Shown here: positions 24,893-36,745 of the stretch, in pieces | How the letters are laid out: each line of letters begins with the position of its first letter | Numbering within the stretch: the first letter of the stretch is position 1 | Assembly (NCBI RefSeq): GCF_000281045.1 | Contig: NW_008246116.1 | Location: forward strand, 91,278-155,277 | DNA: 64,000 nucleotides | Reading direction: 5' to 3' | From: Saprolegnia diclina VS20 | Lineage: Eukaryota | Position numbers and translations under genes: made by a program | The notes under the pieces: generated by a model | Told to the model about the DNA's origin: nothing | The model's database searches: none | What the model saw: the letters and a program-made list of their open reading frames with translations, nothing else

Positions 24893-25609
24893 GGAAGCAA
24901 ATTGGCGACTGAGCATTGATGGTTGAGAACAGTAGATATTGAAGTAGCGCAGCAACGACTGAACAGTGAGCGCGTCGAAGTGTGCAGTGGCTGAAATCTC
25001 GTCTCCTTCTCCTGCCTCCTGTCGTGCTCGCTTGACTGCGCCAACGATACCGTTTAATCCCAAAGGACATAGCACGCAACCAATCAGAAGCTCGCAGAAC
25101 AACCAACGAGGCATCAAGTGCAGCAACGAGCACCAGCCCTGTTCAATGAGACGCAGGCGATTTCTGGACAACCGCGTGCAATTTGTTAACGTGGAGAATG
25201 AGAAGCTTAGTATGGTGTGTCCAGCTTCTCTGGCGACTTGGTGCATCTCCCCTACCCCTGGGTTCAACTCGCAGCTCGCGGCCGAGATACCGGATTCGTG
25301 CTGCGAGCTCTGTGGTCACAGCTTGGAGCTGGAAACGCGGTACTAGTATTTTTTTGACGCGTGGAGAACTTTCTAGAGGCGACTCAGCGTACGACGAGTC
25401 ATTTCGAACCCGACTCACGTCGCTGTACGTAGGATGGCAAATGCCAAATCGTCTCTTGCCTAGTGGTATCGAGGCAGGTATCCACTACTACGAAGGTACT
25501 TTCCAGGTAATACTTACCTTTGTGTGTCAAATGCGGTGAGAATCGTAGCTCGTCGAAGAAACGCACGTTATCTTTAGCCACGGGTGTGCACTTTCTTACA
25601 CGGTTGGCC

Positions 25610-28270
25610 ATGCGCATCGCGGCGATTCGCCCACAGCGCCCGTCGCTCGCGACGGCCCTCCACGCGCCTCTCAAGGTGAGCTACAGTACCTTCTGTGACT
25701 ACGCTGATACAACACTCGTATTCCAGGCGGTCGGCAAGTTCAAGGCCATCATTGCCACCGAGCTATTGCACCTCGCCAAGCTCGAGAAGCTCCTGAATGC
25801 AACGTGCGCGTGGAAAGCCGAGCTGCTGCGGCCGCCCACCGCGCCGCGCATCCGGATTCAAGTCATGCCGAAAGGGCGCCTCTTTGGTGTCCTCGCGGTC
25901 TACTACGTCGTCACGGTTGCGCTCGTTTTTACGATCGTCCTTGACCGCACGGCCAGTACGTTTGCGACGCCGCCATTGACGGGCGTCTCGACCGCGCTCC
26001 TCGAAGTGTCGCCGACGACGGAGACGATTCGTCTCGACATCAGGTCGAGCTCGTTGGCTTACCTCGATATGATTCTCCTCAACGCAACGGGCCTTGGCAC
26101 CATCTCCATCTATGCGTTCCCCGACACACCGTCGCAGACCCAAGTGGTTCCGTTCGAGAGTCTTTCGTGGTCGCCCAGCAGCAACCAGTCGATTGTGTCG
26201 GCGCCCTTCCCAATCGCGTACCGCGTTTTGTACAAGCTCAAGGTGGACCTCTACAGCAGCGTGTTGCTCAACGTCTCGCTCACCGACGGAGCTCCTTTCA
26301 CCATATTTGCCTCGACGGGGTACACGACGCCGTACATGATGACGCTCGTCGGCTCGCTCTTGACAGTCATCAACATTTCGTGCGGCATCTACTTTCACAT
26401 GCGCATTCGAACGTTTGCGATCCCGGGGCAGACGCTACCGCAATGGGACTGGGTCCAGCTCCATCTTTTGGCGCTTCTGCTGTGGATCTGTGTCCCGTAC
26501 GAGATTGCCGTCTTCAAGGCCGTCACACAAGGCGTCACGGTCGCTTATGTGTTTCGTCAAATGGTGTTTTGGCTGCGGCTTTTCGGCAAGAACGGGTGTC
26601 GGCTCGCGGTGCTGCTCTTCTGCGACGGCATGGCAACGACAAAGCCGCGTCGCGCGCCGAGCTTCTACACCAAGAAGGTAATCGCCGTCGTGGCCCTCAC
26701 CGCTGTCCAAGGTGCGAGCCAAAGCGTGTCGTCGCCGTCGCTTGTCTACCCGCTCTTGTATGTCTATACGTGGCTTGAGTTCGTGGTCCAATGCGTCATG
26801 GTGCTTTGGCTCGCGTACCGCCGAGGCCAGCGCGTGCGTCGCCAGCCGTACCGCAGCGCGACGTTCGAGTACACGACGTACGGCGTCATGTTCTTCTTGG
26901 TGTTTCAGTTTGCGATTGCATCGGCGTATAGTCTCATTCGCCTCTTGGTCGTCGCAGGCATGAGAAGTGCGACCGATACTAGCGACATTGTGCCGGATGC
27001 GCAGCAACAGATTCTGCTCGCCGGTCTGATTCGCGACCAAATGTTCGCATGGATCGTCCTCAAATGCTACATCCCACTGCCGCCTTCGTCCAGCGTCGTC
27101 GATGAAACCTCGACGGCGTTCTCGCTCACGGAAGCGTCGTCGCCGTCGCCATCGGTCTTTTGCCTCGAGACGGCGGTGACGATGCTCAACCTCTCCGTAG
27201 CGAGTTACTACACCTCCCACTTGCACCGCCACCACTCCCCCTCGTCGTGCGGGCACCTCGGCAAGGACATTCCGGACCTCGACGTCTTGGACTGTACGCT
27301 CCTCGCTGCCTTTCACGACCCCGCGACCGACACGAATGGCATGCTAGTCTACGAGGAGCGCAAGCAACGCTACGTGCTCGCGTTCCGGGGCACCGGTAGC
27401 ATCAAGAACGCAGCGACGGACCTCAGATCGCGCCAGATGCGGCTTCCCGGTACGCTCTACACGTCCGAGCGGATCCGGAAGCACAACAAGGGCAAAGGCG
27501 TCCGGCACTTTGTGCACGTGCACTCGGGCTTTTACCACGCGTACGCAACGCTGGAGCGGCATCTGCATGCGGCGATCGGCAAGATTCCGGACGACAGCGT
27601 CGTCATCTGCACGGGCCACAGCCTCGGCGGCGCCCTCGCGACGATCGCCGCCATGGAGTTGGCGCTCAAGCGGCCGTCGCTGCGCGTCGCCATGTACAAC
27701 TACGGCAGCCCCCGCGTCGGCAACCATGCGTTCCAGGAGCTCTTCAACGCGACGATGCCGGCCTTCCGCGTCATCAACGACGGCGACATTGTCACGCAGT
27801 ATCCCAAGCGAGATTACACCAACGTCGACCTCGACGGCGTTTGCGTCTACAAGCACGTCGGTGTTGAAATCACGCTGCTCTGCGGCGGCAACGCCATTCG
27901 AGGGATTATCGTCCGACCTACGATCGTCGACCGGTTTGTCGTCTTGGCGCACCGCAACAGCCTCGCGAGCCACAGCCTCGAAAACTATCGCAATAGCTTC
28001 CGATCGCTCATGGTCGCCGGCACCGATCGCCTCGGCGCCTCGCTTGGCAGCTGCGACGCATCGCGCGAAGCAAGCTTTGAGACCGAAGACAAGATCAAGG
28101 ACAAGGAGGACGAGGAGCAACAGCGCAAGGCGACGACGATGCACGACATCCACCTCGAGCTCTCGACAAATGCCACGGCAGAATCGACCGCTGCAGACGC
28201 AATTACCGCAGACACGACCGCCGCACACACGACCACTGCAGACACGACCACTACCCTTTGGACTATGTAG
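25610..28270 (+). CDS. Multi-pass membrane (TMEM181/Wntless-like) domain fused to class 3 lipase; start uncertain, possible upstream exons from ~25146
   Basis: Lipase_3 motifs VLAFRGT, VHSGFY, TGHSLGGALA, YNYGSPRVGN, RVINDGDIVTQYP, YKHVG and HSLENY; about 8 hydrophobic helices N-terminal to the lipase. Confidence 0.85.
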   Translation: MRIAAIRPQRPSLATALHAPLKVSYSTFCDYADTTLVFQAVGKFKAIIATELLHLAKLEKLLNATCAWKAELLRPPTAPRIRIQVMPKGRLFGVLAVYYVVTVALVFTIVLDRTASTFATPPLTGVSTALLEVSPTTETIRLDIRSSSLAYLDMILLNATGLGTISIYAFPDTPSQTQVVPFESLSWSPSSNQSIVSAPFPIAYRVLYKLKVDLYSSVLLNVSLTDGAPFTIFASTGYTTPYMMTLVGSLLTVINISCGIYFHMRIRTFAIPGQTLPQWDWVQLHLLALLLWICVPYEIAVFKAVTQGVTVAYVFRQMVFWLRLFGKNGCRLAVLLFCDGMATTKPRRAPSFYTKKVIAVVALTAVQGASQSVSSPSLVYPLLYVYTWLEFVVQCVMVLWLAYRRGQRVRRQPYRSATFEYTTYGVMFFLVFQFAIASAYSLIRLLVVAGMRSATDTSDIVPDAQQQILLAGLIRDQMFAWIVLKCYIPLPPSSSVVDETSTAFSLTEASSPSPSVFCLETAVTMLNLSVASYYTSHLHRHHSPSSCGHLGKDIPDLDVLDCTLLAAFHDPATDTNGMLVYEERKQRYVLAFRGTGSIKNAATDLRSRQMRLPGTLYTSERIRKHNKGKGVRHFVHVHSGFYHAYATLERHLHAAIGKIPDDSVVICTGHSLGGALATIAAMELALKRPSLRVAMYNYGSPRVGNHAFQELFNATMPAFRVINDGDIVTQYPKRDYTNVDLDGVCVYKHVGVEITLLCGGNAIRGIIVRPTIVDRFVVLAHRNSLASHSLENYRNSFRSLMVAGTDRLGASLGSCDASREASFETEDKIKDKEDEEQQRKATTMHDIHLELSTNATAESTAADAITADTTAAHTTTADTTTTLWTM
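28193..28255 (+). repeat. 15-bp coding tandem repeat (ADTTT-like) at lipase C-terminus
   Basis: gcagacgcaattacc/gcagacacgaccgcc/gcacacacgaccact/gcagacacgaccact. Confidence 0.6.
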
Positions 28271-28671
28271 CTAGCATGTAGCGAATGGCCTTGGACTATC
28301 ATTTCTTTGCGGGTATCGTGGCATTGCGGCGTGGCTGGATTTATAGAAGAGCGTCAGAGAAGCCAATCAAATGCCATGAAAAATCGAGCACACCAATCCG
28401 AGACCAGCCTACTAGCACCTTACTAATACCACGACGTGTCGCTTCCTGACCGACCGATGCTCCGCATATCGTCCGACAAGTGCGAGTGCACACCGTCGCT
28501 GCAAGCGGTAATGGCTCACTCCTCGCTGGATCACTTGCTTGCAGGTTGTCGGCAGCTCTATGGCGTGGACGCTTTTGACTGGTCAAAATGAAAAACAAAT
28601 TCACCAATGGCCTTTGACCATAGCCGTTGCACGACCGGTTTCGATGCGCATTTGCACAACCGTAGAGTGGC

Positions 28672-29577
28672 ATGAGCGACGACGAGCCGACGACGCCGAC
28701 GACGCGCCGCCTCACGCGCAGCATGACCAAGGCTGGCGTCACGGACGACTCGGCGCCATCGCCCAAGAAGGCCAAGAAGGCTGCCAAGGCGCCGGCCAAG
28801 CCCATGCCCAAGCTGCTCTACGGCCAAATCGACCCGATTGCACAAGAGACGCTCGCCGCCAAAGGCAAGACGTCACTGTCGCTGATGCTGGGTGCTGACG
28901 GAGCCCGCGTTGACGCGTCGCTGGCGCTCGTGGACATTGCCAAGAACATGGACAAGTACTACCTCCTGCAGGCAATCCACGCCGAGCCCGACGTCGCGTT
29001 CTACGTATTTGCGCGCTGGGGCCGGACCGGGACCGCGGGCCAGAGCAAGCTTGAGGGTCCCTTTGCGACCAGCGAGGAAGCCCAAGCCGAGTTTGACAAG
29101 AAGTTTCTTGAAAAGACGGGCCAAGCGTGGGCCACACGGTCGGCGTTCGAGGTCCAAGCCGACAAGTACGACCTTCTGCATGTCGACTATGGCGCCAAGA
29201 ACGGCGGTCTCTGGGAGTACTACATGAACGACCACGTCGACGGCAAGGCCACGGGCTGGTACGCCTACACGGACGAGGGCGTGAACCAGACCGAGATGCT
29301 CTGGTCGACGTTCCAGTCCAACCAAGCGTACAACCGGCGCATCGTGGCGTCGGGCTATTTCTCCTACATGGTCGACCTCCAAAACATGACGCAAATGAAC
29401 ATTTCGAGCAACAAGACGCGCCACATTCGTCGGACCTTCAACGGTATCATCACAGCATCCGCCGCTGCGCAGTCGCTCCCGACCGAGACCGTTGCGCCAC
29501 CTGCTCAAGAAGACGACGACAACGATAGCGACAACGATAACGACAACGAGGACGACAACGAGGACGACGAAGCGTAG
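28672..29577 (+). CDS. WGR domain + WWE domain protein (no PARP catalytic domain)
   Basis: WGR: KYYLLQ..VFARWGRTG..FDKKFLEKTGQAW..KYDL. WWE: WEYY..GWYAY..TE..YMVDLQNMTQMNISSNKTRHIRR. Acidic tail; intronless. Confidence 0.85.
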   Translation: MSDDEPTTPTTRRLTRSMTKAGVTDDSAPSPKKAKKAAKAPAKPMPKLLYGQIDPIAQETLAAKGKTSLSLMLGADGARVDASLALVDIAKNMDKYYLLQAIHAEPDVAFYVFARWGRTGTAGQSKLEGPFATSEEAQAEFDKKFLEKTGQAWATRSAFEVQADKYDLLHVDYGAKNGGLWEYYMNDHVDGKATGWYAYTDEGVNQTEMLWSTFQSNQAYNRRIVASGYFSYMVDLQNMTQMNISSNKTRHIRRTFNGIITASAAAQSLPTETVAPPAQEDDDNDSDNDNDNEDDNEDDEA

Positions 29578-29847
29578 CCTCATATGAGTAGAAATGTAAT
29601 GACGCATACTGCCATGTCTTTGTGTCGAAGAAAGCAGTTGCCAGCACACATGCAGTGAAGACAGCATCGAGGTGTTACCAGTGATGCGTACCCCAACACA
29701 AAGGCAACCTCCAGCTTGCACCAATGTTGTCGTCGTGTACATTTTTGTTCAGCGTGTACATTGGACAAGTCGTCTGCGAACGCCTCCCGCGTGATCGAAA
29801 TCGAGTGCCTCGTTCGTCCGACCCACGCTAGAACTATAGAACTAGTA

Positions 29848-32253
29848 CTAGTACGTGCTATCGATGGTCTCCGAGTTGTCGAGGAAGAGCATGAAGAGCC
29901 GGTTGAGCGGCCCGAGCTCGCCGTAGAAGATGTGTTGCAGCGCCGGCGTCAGCTCCTTGTGGGCGCGCACCTGCGACATCATTTTGGAGTCGATCACGTG
30001 ACTCCGCTGCAAGTTGGCTGCGATGGCCTTGGCTGCTTGCACGCGCGTGGCCCACGCGTCAATAGCCGCTGTGCGCCGAAACTCAGCAAGCAGCGACGCA
30101 AACAGCGGTCCCTCGACGACCCGCTGCACGTGCACCTGCACACGAGCAACTATATGAGTGGCAACTCTAGTACACGACGGCACCTTGATCGAGAGGCGGA
30201 GGGTCGCGTAGCGGTCGACAAGGACGGCGCGCAGAGCGGTCTTGAGCGCCTCTTCTTCCAGCAGCTGCAAAGGCTTGACGCGCTGACGCGGCTTGCGCGG
30301 CTTGTTCCGTCCAGCAGGCGACGAACCTCGAGCGACGGGAGATGAGCCTCGAGCGACAGGTGAAGAGCCTCGAGCGGCGACCGGTGACACGCCTGTAGCA
30401 GCCGCAATCATGAAAAGCTGGTTTACAGAGCATGACATCCTCGTACCTCGGGACGATGGCCGTCGACCAAGCTGCGGCAAGCGACCACGTGCCTTTGAGA
30501 GCGCGTCGTTCGTCACGGGGGCGTCTACAAGACGTGAGCCGGCGTCAAGAGACACCGCATTCACACCCACCTAGATTCACCGCCACGTCCACGGATGGCG
30601 CCACCGGGGGCAACGGCGCGGGTAGCACCACTGGCGATGGAGCGAGGCTCGCCTACGATACGCATACCTCGTCCGCGACAAGAAAGGCATGAACACAGCC
30701 CACGTGCAGTGCGTCCATGTCGGTCAGGAGGAGCGACACGGCGTCTTCGAACGCGGCGACCGACGCAAATACCTCTGTTTTGCTGGATGTAGGTGTTCCC
30801 GCGAGCGTGCGCTGCACTTTCTCTCGAAGGCGCTCGCAGGCCGTCATCGTAGACACGTACAGCGTCCAGACCTTGCGGTACGCGTCGGTGGTGACATCGG
30901 GGCTTAACGTGGCGGCCACATATGCGTACTGCAACGTGGTCACAATGAGTTCTTCAAGCACCAGCGTGCCGCGCACGTAGATGCGTGGGTCCGACGTCCC
31001 CAGCGCCGCGCCTACATGTCTCGTAAGAAGCTACGGTTCTGGGCCAAAATGATGACCGAGCAAGAGCCCGTAGACCGCAGCGACGGCCGTATTCGGGTGC
31101 TGGAACGGCGCGAGATTTGTGGTGGCGTCGAGAATCGAGTCGGTCGTCGCCAGCAAATGCCACACGATCGCCATCGTCGTGATGCTGTGCGCTACGTCGC
31201 ATGTGAACCCGTTGCGTGAGCAGGAACAAAGTACCATTCGGGGCAGGCATGTGGACTTCGATGGGCAGCGTCTGCGGCAGTTGCCGCACCACCTACCTTA
31301 CGCACATCGCATCGCCGAGACAAGAAGGGTGTTGGCGACGCACTCGGTCCACGGCAGGGCAGAGCGGCGACGACACCCAGTACTCGGAGCCCACGCCGTC
31401 TGGTACGTACGGATGCGTCATGCACACGGTCCGCGGCGCGCCTTGAAGCAAGCCCAGATACAAGAGAACCTACGTGTCCATTCAGAATGCGACAGAGCAG
31501 AACGCGGATCGTACGAGGTAGCGCACAACGTCGAGCGTCTCGACTGATGCATCTGTCGCGCGGCAGACGTCGAGGGCCACACGCAGCGCGAGGCGTGGGT
31601 GCATGACGTGCATGGCCGCCTTTCCAACGAGATAAGATCGTATTCAATAGCCTTTCGAATCGTACCGCCGCCAAGCAGCGAGGGAGGCAGTCGTCGACGG
31701 GCACGGCCTCTGAGCTTGGCGGCCGTCCGCTCTGGAGGCATGCCATGGCCTTGGCGGCGTACACGCTGCGCTTGCGCGAGAGCACACCGCAGTCCCAAAT
31801 CCCTACGCACTACGATATACGCCTTCGATAGAGACACGCGCCGTCTACCGTCGTGGTGCCACGTCAGCACGCTCGCTGCGACGCTGGCGGCGCTCAGCTG
31901 CGTCGAGAGGCCGCTCGAAACGGTGCACAGGAGCATGCTCTAGCATAGTACTATCGTAGAGGCAGCTCGTCAAATGGGCAAAGACGTACGCCGTGGTAGC
32001 CCCACCCCACGTAGGACGCGATCTCGTTGGCCTGCGCGGCGCCGTCATAGAGGACGCCGAGGAAGAGACTCGAGACAAAGCGATCCCGTGATGTCGGTCG
32101 CTCGACGCAGAGTTCTTTGGCAAAGCCAAGCGAGCTCTCGACCTCGGCGGTCAGCATGCGCCCGCGCTCTTCCTGCTGATTGTACGCTGCCAGCGCTGCC
32201 ACGTAGTCGGCCTCATTACTGAGCGCGACGAGACTGGCGCGGCGCGACGCCAT
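29848..32253 (-). CDS. Hypothetical protein, multi-exon
   Basis: Chain of minus-strand ORFs with coding-like composition (31951..32253, 31418..31936, 30653..30976, 29848..30570) separated by intron-like segments; no recognised domain. Confidence 0.5.
30320..30382. repeat. Three 21-bp tandem repeats (encode SSPVARG on minus strand)
   Basis: gacgaacctcgagcgacggga / gatgagcctcgagcgacaggt / gaagagcctcgagcggcgacc. Confidence 0.8.
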
Positions 32254-32360
32254 GGGTTCGGTTTCACACCGTTGGGCTTGGATACGACCATCATCGTTCA
32301 GGCATGGGAGTTATTGTCTTTTGGATCCTGAGATCAGACTTTTTGCGAATCGACATCACC

Positions 32361-32420
32361 ATCTATCTATCTTCTATTTATCTATCTTCTATCTATCTAT
32401 ATCTATCTATATATCTATCC
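32361..32420. repeat. Imperfect (ATCT)n microsatellite
   Basis: atctatctat cttctattta tctatcttct atctatctat atctatctat. Confidence 0.85.
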
Positions 32421-32796
32421 ATCGATGAGGTCGTTCTTGAGCGACAGCCCGTGTGGTCACGTTGTTCACGCTGCGAGACCTCCGACTCGAATTGCTCCAT
32501 GTCCCATCATCTTTATATATATGAACGTGTTTCGCGTTATCTTCATTATGACACAAAGACTTCGCATACGTAGCGCTACGCCTGAATGCGTGGGAGTTGG
32601 CACCAGCACTTGGTCGTTGGGAGTGAGCTGCGCACGGAGAGATCCATCCCGTGGTGGACCCCACTCGCCGAGTCATATCCCATCATCTTTGTCGAGCAAA
32701 TTTCCCTCTGGCAATTCACAACTTTTGGCCAACCAAAAACAAAACCATACTAGTACGTGTTAAATAACGCCAAATGACGTGGCGGTCGCCCTCTCT

Positions 32797-35132
32797 CTAT
32801 TTGTACTTGTCCGAGATCCGCTCGAGCGTCGTCAGAATCGACTCCATCTCGTCGGCGGGGTTGACAGCGTGGTGGAGCTCTTTGAGCTTGAGCGGCTCTT
32901 GGTTGCCAGCGGTGGTGACGACCACGGACGGCGCCTTCGTGCGCAGGAGCGGGCTCGGTGCCCTGCGCGCTTCCAGCGTCGCAATGTACGCGTTGCGGTC
33001 GCGCAGCTGCATTTCCATGTGCTCGCGGTCCCTCTTCATGCGCTTGTACTTGCTCAGCTGGCTCTGGTACTGCCGCTGGAGGGTCTCAATCTCAGCCACG
33101 AGCTCCTTTGTGTGCGTCTCGACGACCCGCTGCATGTGCTGGAGCTGGGCTTCGTGGCCCGCACTGCCCTGCGCCATCGCCGACTGCACTTTGACGCGGA
33201 GCGACTCGTTCTCCTTCTTGAGCACATGATGCATCGACCGCGCGTCCCGGTACTTTTGTTCAAGCGCCTTGTACCCTTCTCGGTCGGCTTCGTACTTTTG
33301 AATCTATAAGTAGAGGTGAGACATGAGTGGTGGCTAGGGTTAGAGTGATGTACCTTGAGCTTGGCCGCTTGCACCATGGCGCGCATCGCAACAAGGTCTG
33401 TTCGGTCCTTCTTACTCTCGGCGAGCACGTCCGCAAGCCGCTTGTCGAGCGTCGACGTCTGCTCCGCCGCGCGCTGCTGCCGCTCCACGAGAGCGCGCAG
33501 CTTGAGTTCACTCGACTTGCGCTTGGCGACTTCAGCCTCCAGGCGCTGGATGGTCGATGATTGCTCGTCCACTTGTGTCGTGAGCCGCGGCAGATCCGCG
33601 GCCGCCGCTTTCTGCAACATCAGCGCCGCGTTTTGCGCCTGCAACGCCTCGAACTTGGCGACCACCGCCGCATGGGTCGCCTGCAACGACGCCAGTTGCG
33701 ACGCCGCATCGCTCGCTGCCGCCAATTGCTGCTCGTTCGTGCGCAGTTGCGTCTGAAGTTCGTGCACTTGTTGCTGCCACACCGCCTTGAGTTCGACTTG
33801 GCGCTCGAGGCGCGCGCACTCGGCACGAAGCGACTCTGTTTCGGCGCGTGCCGCCGCGAGCGCATCTTCGTCGCGGAAGAGCTCTTGGAACCCAACGTCC
33901 AAGTGGTGGTCGAGGAAGCCACGGCACTGCTGCAACTGCGCCAAGTCGTCTTGGGCAGTGGCGATCTCCTTTGTGAGCCGCGCGACCGTCGCTTCGAGCT
34001 GCTGGTTGGTGTGCACTAGCGCTGCATGCTTGCGGCTCTGGTCCTCGAGCTTGGCGTTGAGCGTAAAGATGCTGCGGTCCTTCTCCGCGATGGTCCGCGT
34101 GCTCTCGGCGAGCTGCGACTGCAGCGACGACGTGCGCTGCAAGAGGGTGTCCTTGTCGGCCTTGAACTGCGCTTCCAGGCGCGACTGGATCAGGCGCACT
34201 TCGTCGCGCAGCGTCTTGACAAGAATGGATTGCCCGGACGCGCTCGTGGCGGCGTGGGCCTGCTTGAGCCGCAGCGTCATCGACTCGAGCTGCTTGGTCG
34301 CGTCGTCGTACTTGGTCTTCCAGTTGGCTGCGTCGTTGGCCGAGGCAGCGCACGCGGTCGCGACAGCATCGTGCTCGGCACGGAGCGTCTCGAGCTGTGT
34401 GTGGAGGGACTCGAGAAGCGACTCTTTCGAGCGAATGGTGTCCTGCGCGGCTGCGAGGTCATTCGAGAGCTTCGACGTCGTCGTCGCGGTTGACACTTGT
34501 GCCGATGACGCCGTCGTGCGCAGCTCGCTGACGAGGTCATCTTTGGCCACGAGCTCCGTCTCGTACTCGCGCTTGAGCTCGCGGTTTGCGTGCACTTGGG
34601 CTTCGCACTCGGCCTGGAGCGTCGCGATCTGGCGCTTCCAGGTCTCTTCCTTCTGCTTGTAGCCTGTCTCGAGCGACTCGATCGCAGCGCTAAAGCCCTC
34701 GATGCTGTTGGCCGCGTCCTGAATCTGCACTTCGAGCTCACAGTTGTGCACTTGGAGCTCGCGCTTCTCGCGGCGGAGGCGCTCGACCTCGTCCATGAAG
34801 TCGTTGCGAGACGCCGACGCGCCGAGGGCCTTGGGCGGCGTCTGGAACGTCGAGCCGTTCGCAGCCTGCTGTTCACCGAGTAGCCTACAGACAAGGCCAT
34901 GAGGCGAAGACTGGCGAGGACGCGAATACCTTCGGAGGCGGTCCATCTCGGCGGCCTGCTGCACCTCGCGCTGGCGCAGGACGTGGAGCTGCTTGGCGAG
35001 CATGTCGATCTGGGCCTTCTCAGGGGATGGAGAGACAGGAGACCGCGCCGGCGACGCCGACTCGGCCGTCGGCGGCGTCACGTACGACGGACTGCCAGGT
35101 CGCCGCGTCGTCCGCTGTGGCGTGGCGTACAT
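32797..35132 (-). CDS. Long coiled-coil protein; multi-exon
   Basis: 705-aa ORF rich in E/Q/A/L/K heptads plus terminal ORF 32797..33234; S/P-rich N-terminus from ATG 35132. Confidence 0.75.
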
Positions 35133-36008
35133 CGTGTAAAACCAAAAATCGCTTGGGTTAAATTCATTCAAATCGTGAGCCCGTCATGGCGCTTTCAATA
35201 AAAAACAAAACATTTGACTTGACATTAGTATTAAACATAGAATCGTTGAATTGTACGACGCGTTTTGGAGGGAGATGGCGGGGTAAAAGAGGGCGCCAAT
35301 ATCGTCGTCGCTGATTGGCTGTAACGATGACACGGGCACGTTTGATTGGTCGCCGCTTTTCGTTTGGCGCGCGCACCAGTCAGCGCCTGGGAGACGCCGT
35401 CAACGGCCTTACGCCACCTTGCCCGTCAGCGCTGAAGGCAACACTAAAGACTTAACGACTATGAACTGCCACACAGTGCACTAGGGCTATGGTTCGATAT
35501 GTGTACATATTGTCTGCGTGTGGACCGGTGGACGTAACTGTCGAAAGGCAGGTGGTCGCGTCCCGCGCTCTGGCTTGTGATCCAAGCAGAGGTGAGAACA
35601 TGCAGCATTCACAGTCCTTGGTCTGGTTCTTGGTGCTTCAAATAGGGTATACTTAGTATCCGAATCGCAATAAGAGCCCCGGCGCCTTCGTGCGACCAGC
35701 GCGCGGGAAGATACTTAGTACGGACTAGGCTCAGACCTGTTGCATACCATAGTTGTATGATGGCATGGAGGTGGCGATACAAGGTCCGCCAGTACAAATG
35801 CATTCTTGTACCACCGAGCTCGCAGACAAGCGCTAACTTAGTAGACAAATGAGAATGGAAGATTTCGCAGTGGCATGGAAGATCTCAGCTCGCCCTGCCG
35901 CCCAAATCATCGATTCGCGCGCGACGAAAAATCCAACGTGATTGGCCAATATCCCGCACAGAGATCGTAAGAGATACCTATTTTCATCCAATCATATCGT
36001 CATCCGCG

Positions 36009-36544
36009 ATGCCTTTCGCCAAATCACAACCCGTTCTCCTAAACGAGCTTTCGGCGATGTGGCGGATCGTCCAGCTGGTGCTGCCAGCGTACGACGCGAC
36101 CATGGATCTGCTTCGCCAAGCGATGACGGTGACCGAGTGCTTGCGCGACGACTTGTCGTTTGATCGTCTGCAGCAAGTCGGTGCAGTCTCGGTCGACGCC
36201 TTAGAGCCACCGATCGATTCGACGTCGCGCTCGAGCTTCAACGTGGCCGACCCGCCTGTCTGCACCAGCCGCATGAGCGCGTACAAATTTGAGACCGGCG
36301 TGTCAAGGTACGACGACGGCGATTGCTATGCCAAGAGCATCTTGTCGGTCGCGTGGCACCCAGCGTGCGACGTGCCCATCGACGTCACGCCGCACCTCCA
36401 AGAACGCGAGGTCGACGACTTCCTTGCCACAATTCGCGGTCATCAATGCACGGCCATGACAGCTACATGAATGTCCCGTTCCCGTCGTGCGCGGTCGTAT
36501 GTTGGCCCAAGCTATTCGGACTTGCAACTGCACTGCATGCCTAA
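36009..36544 (+). pseudogene. Possible degenerate gene fragment
   Basis: Protein-like ORF 36009..36470 appears to continue in another frame (GHDSYMNVPFPSCAVVCWPK); no convincing 5' end. Confidence 0.3.
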
Positions 36545-36745
36545 CGCAGGACGCCCATGACGACACGAAGGGCGCTCTGCGACTCGGACTCAGCGTCCAT
36601 CGGCTGCTTTTCGGGACCGTTGCGACCTGTGTGCAACAAGCAAAATCTTAGCCCCAGTCACCTGCGCGCCTTGACCTGGTGCTGCCACGTTGCATTATCC
36701 GGATGTTTACGGATACGACAATCGGCCGCAGTTGGCACTTTCAAG

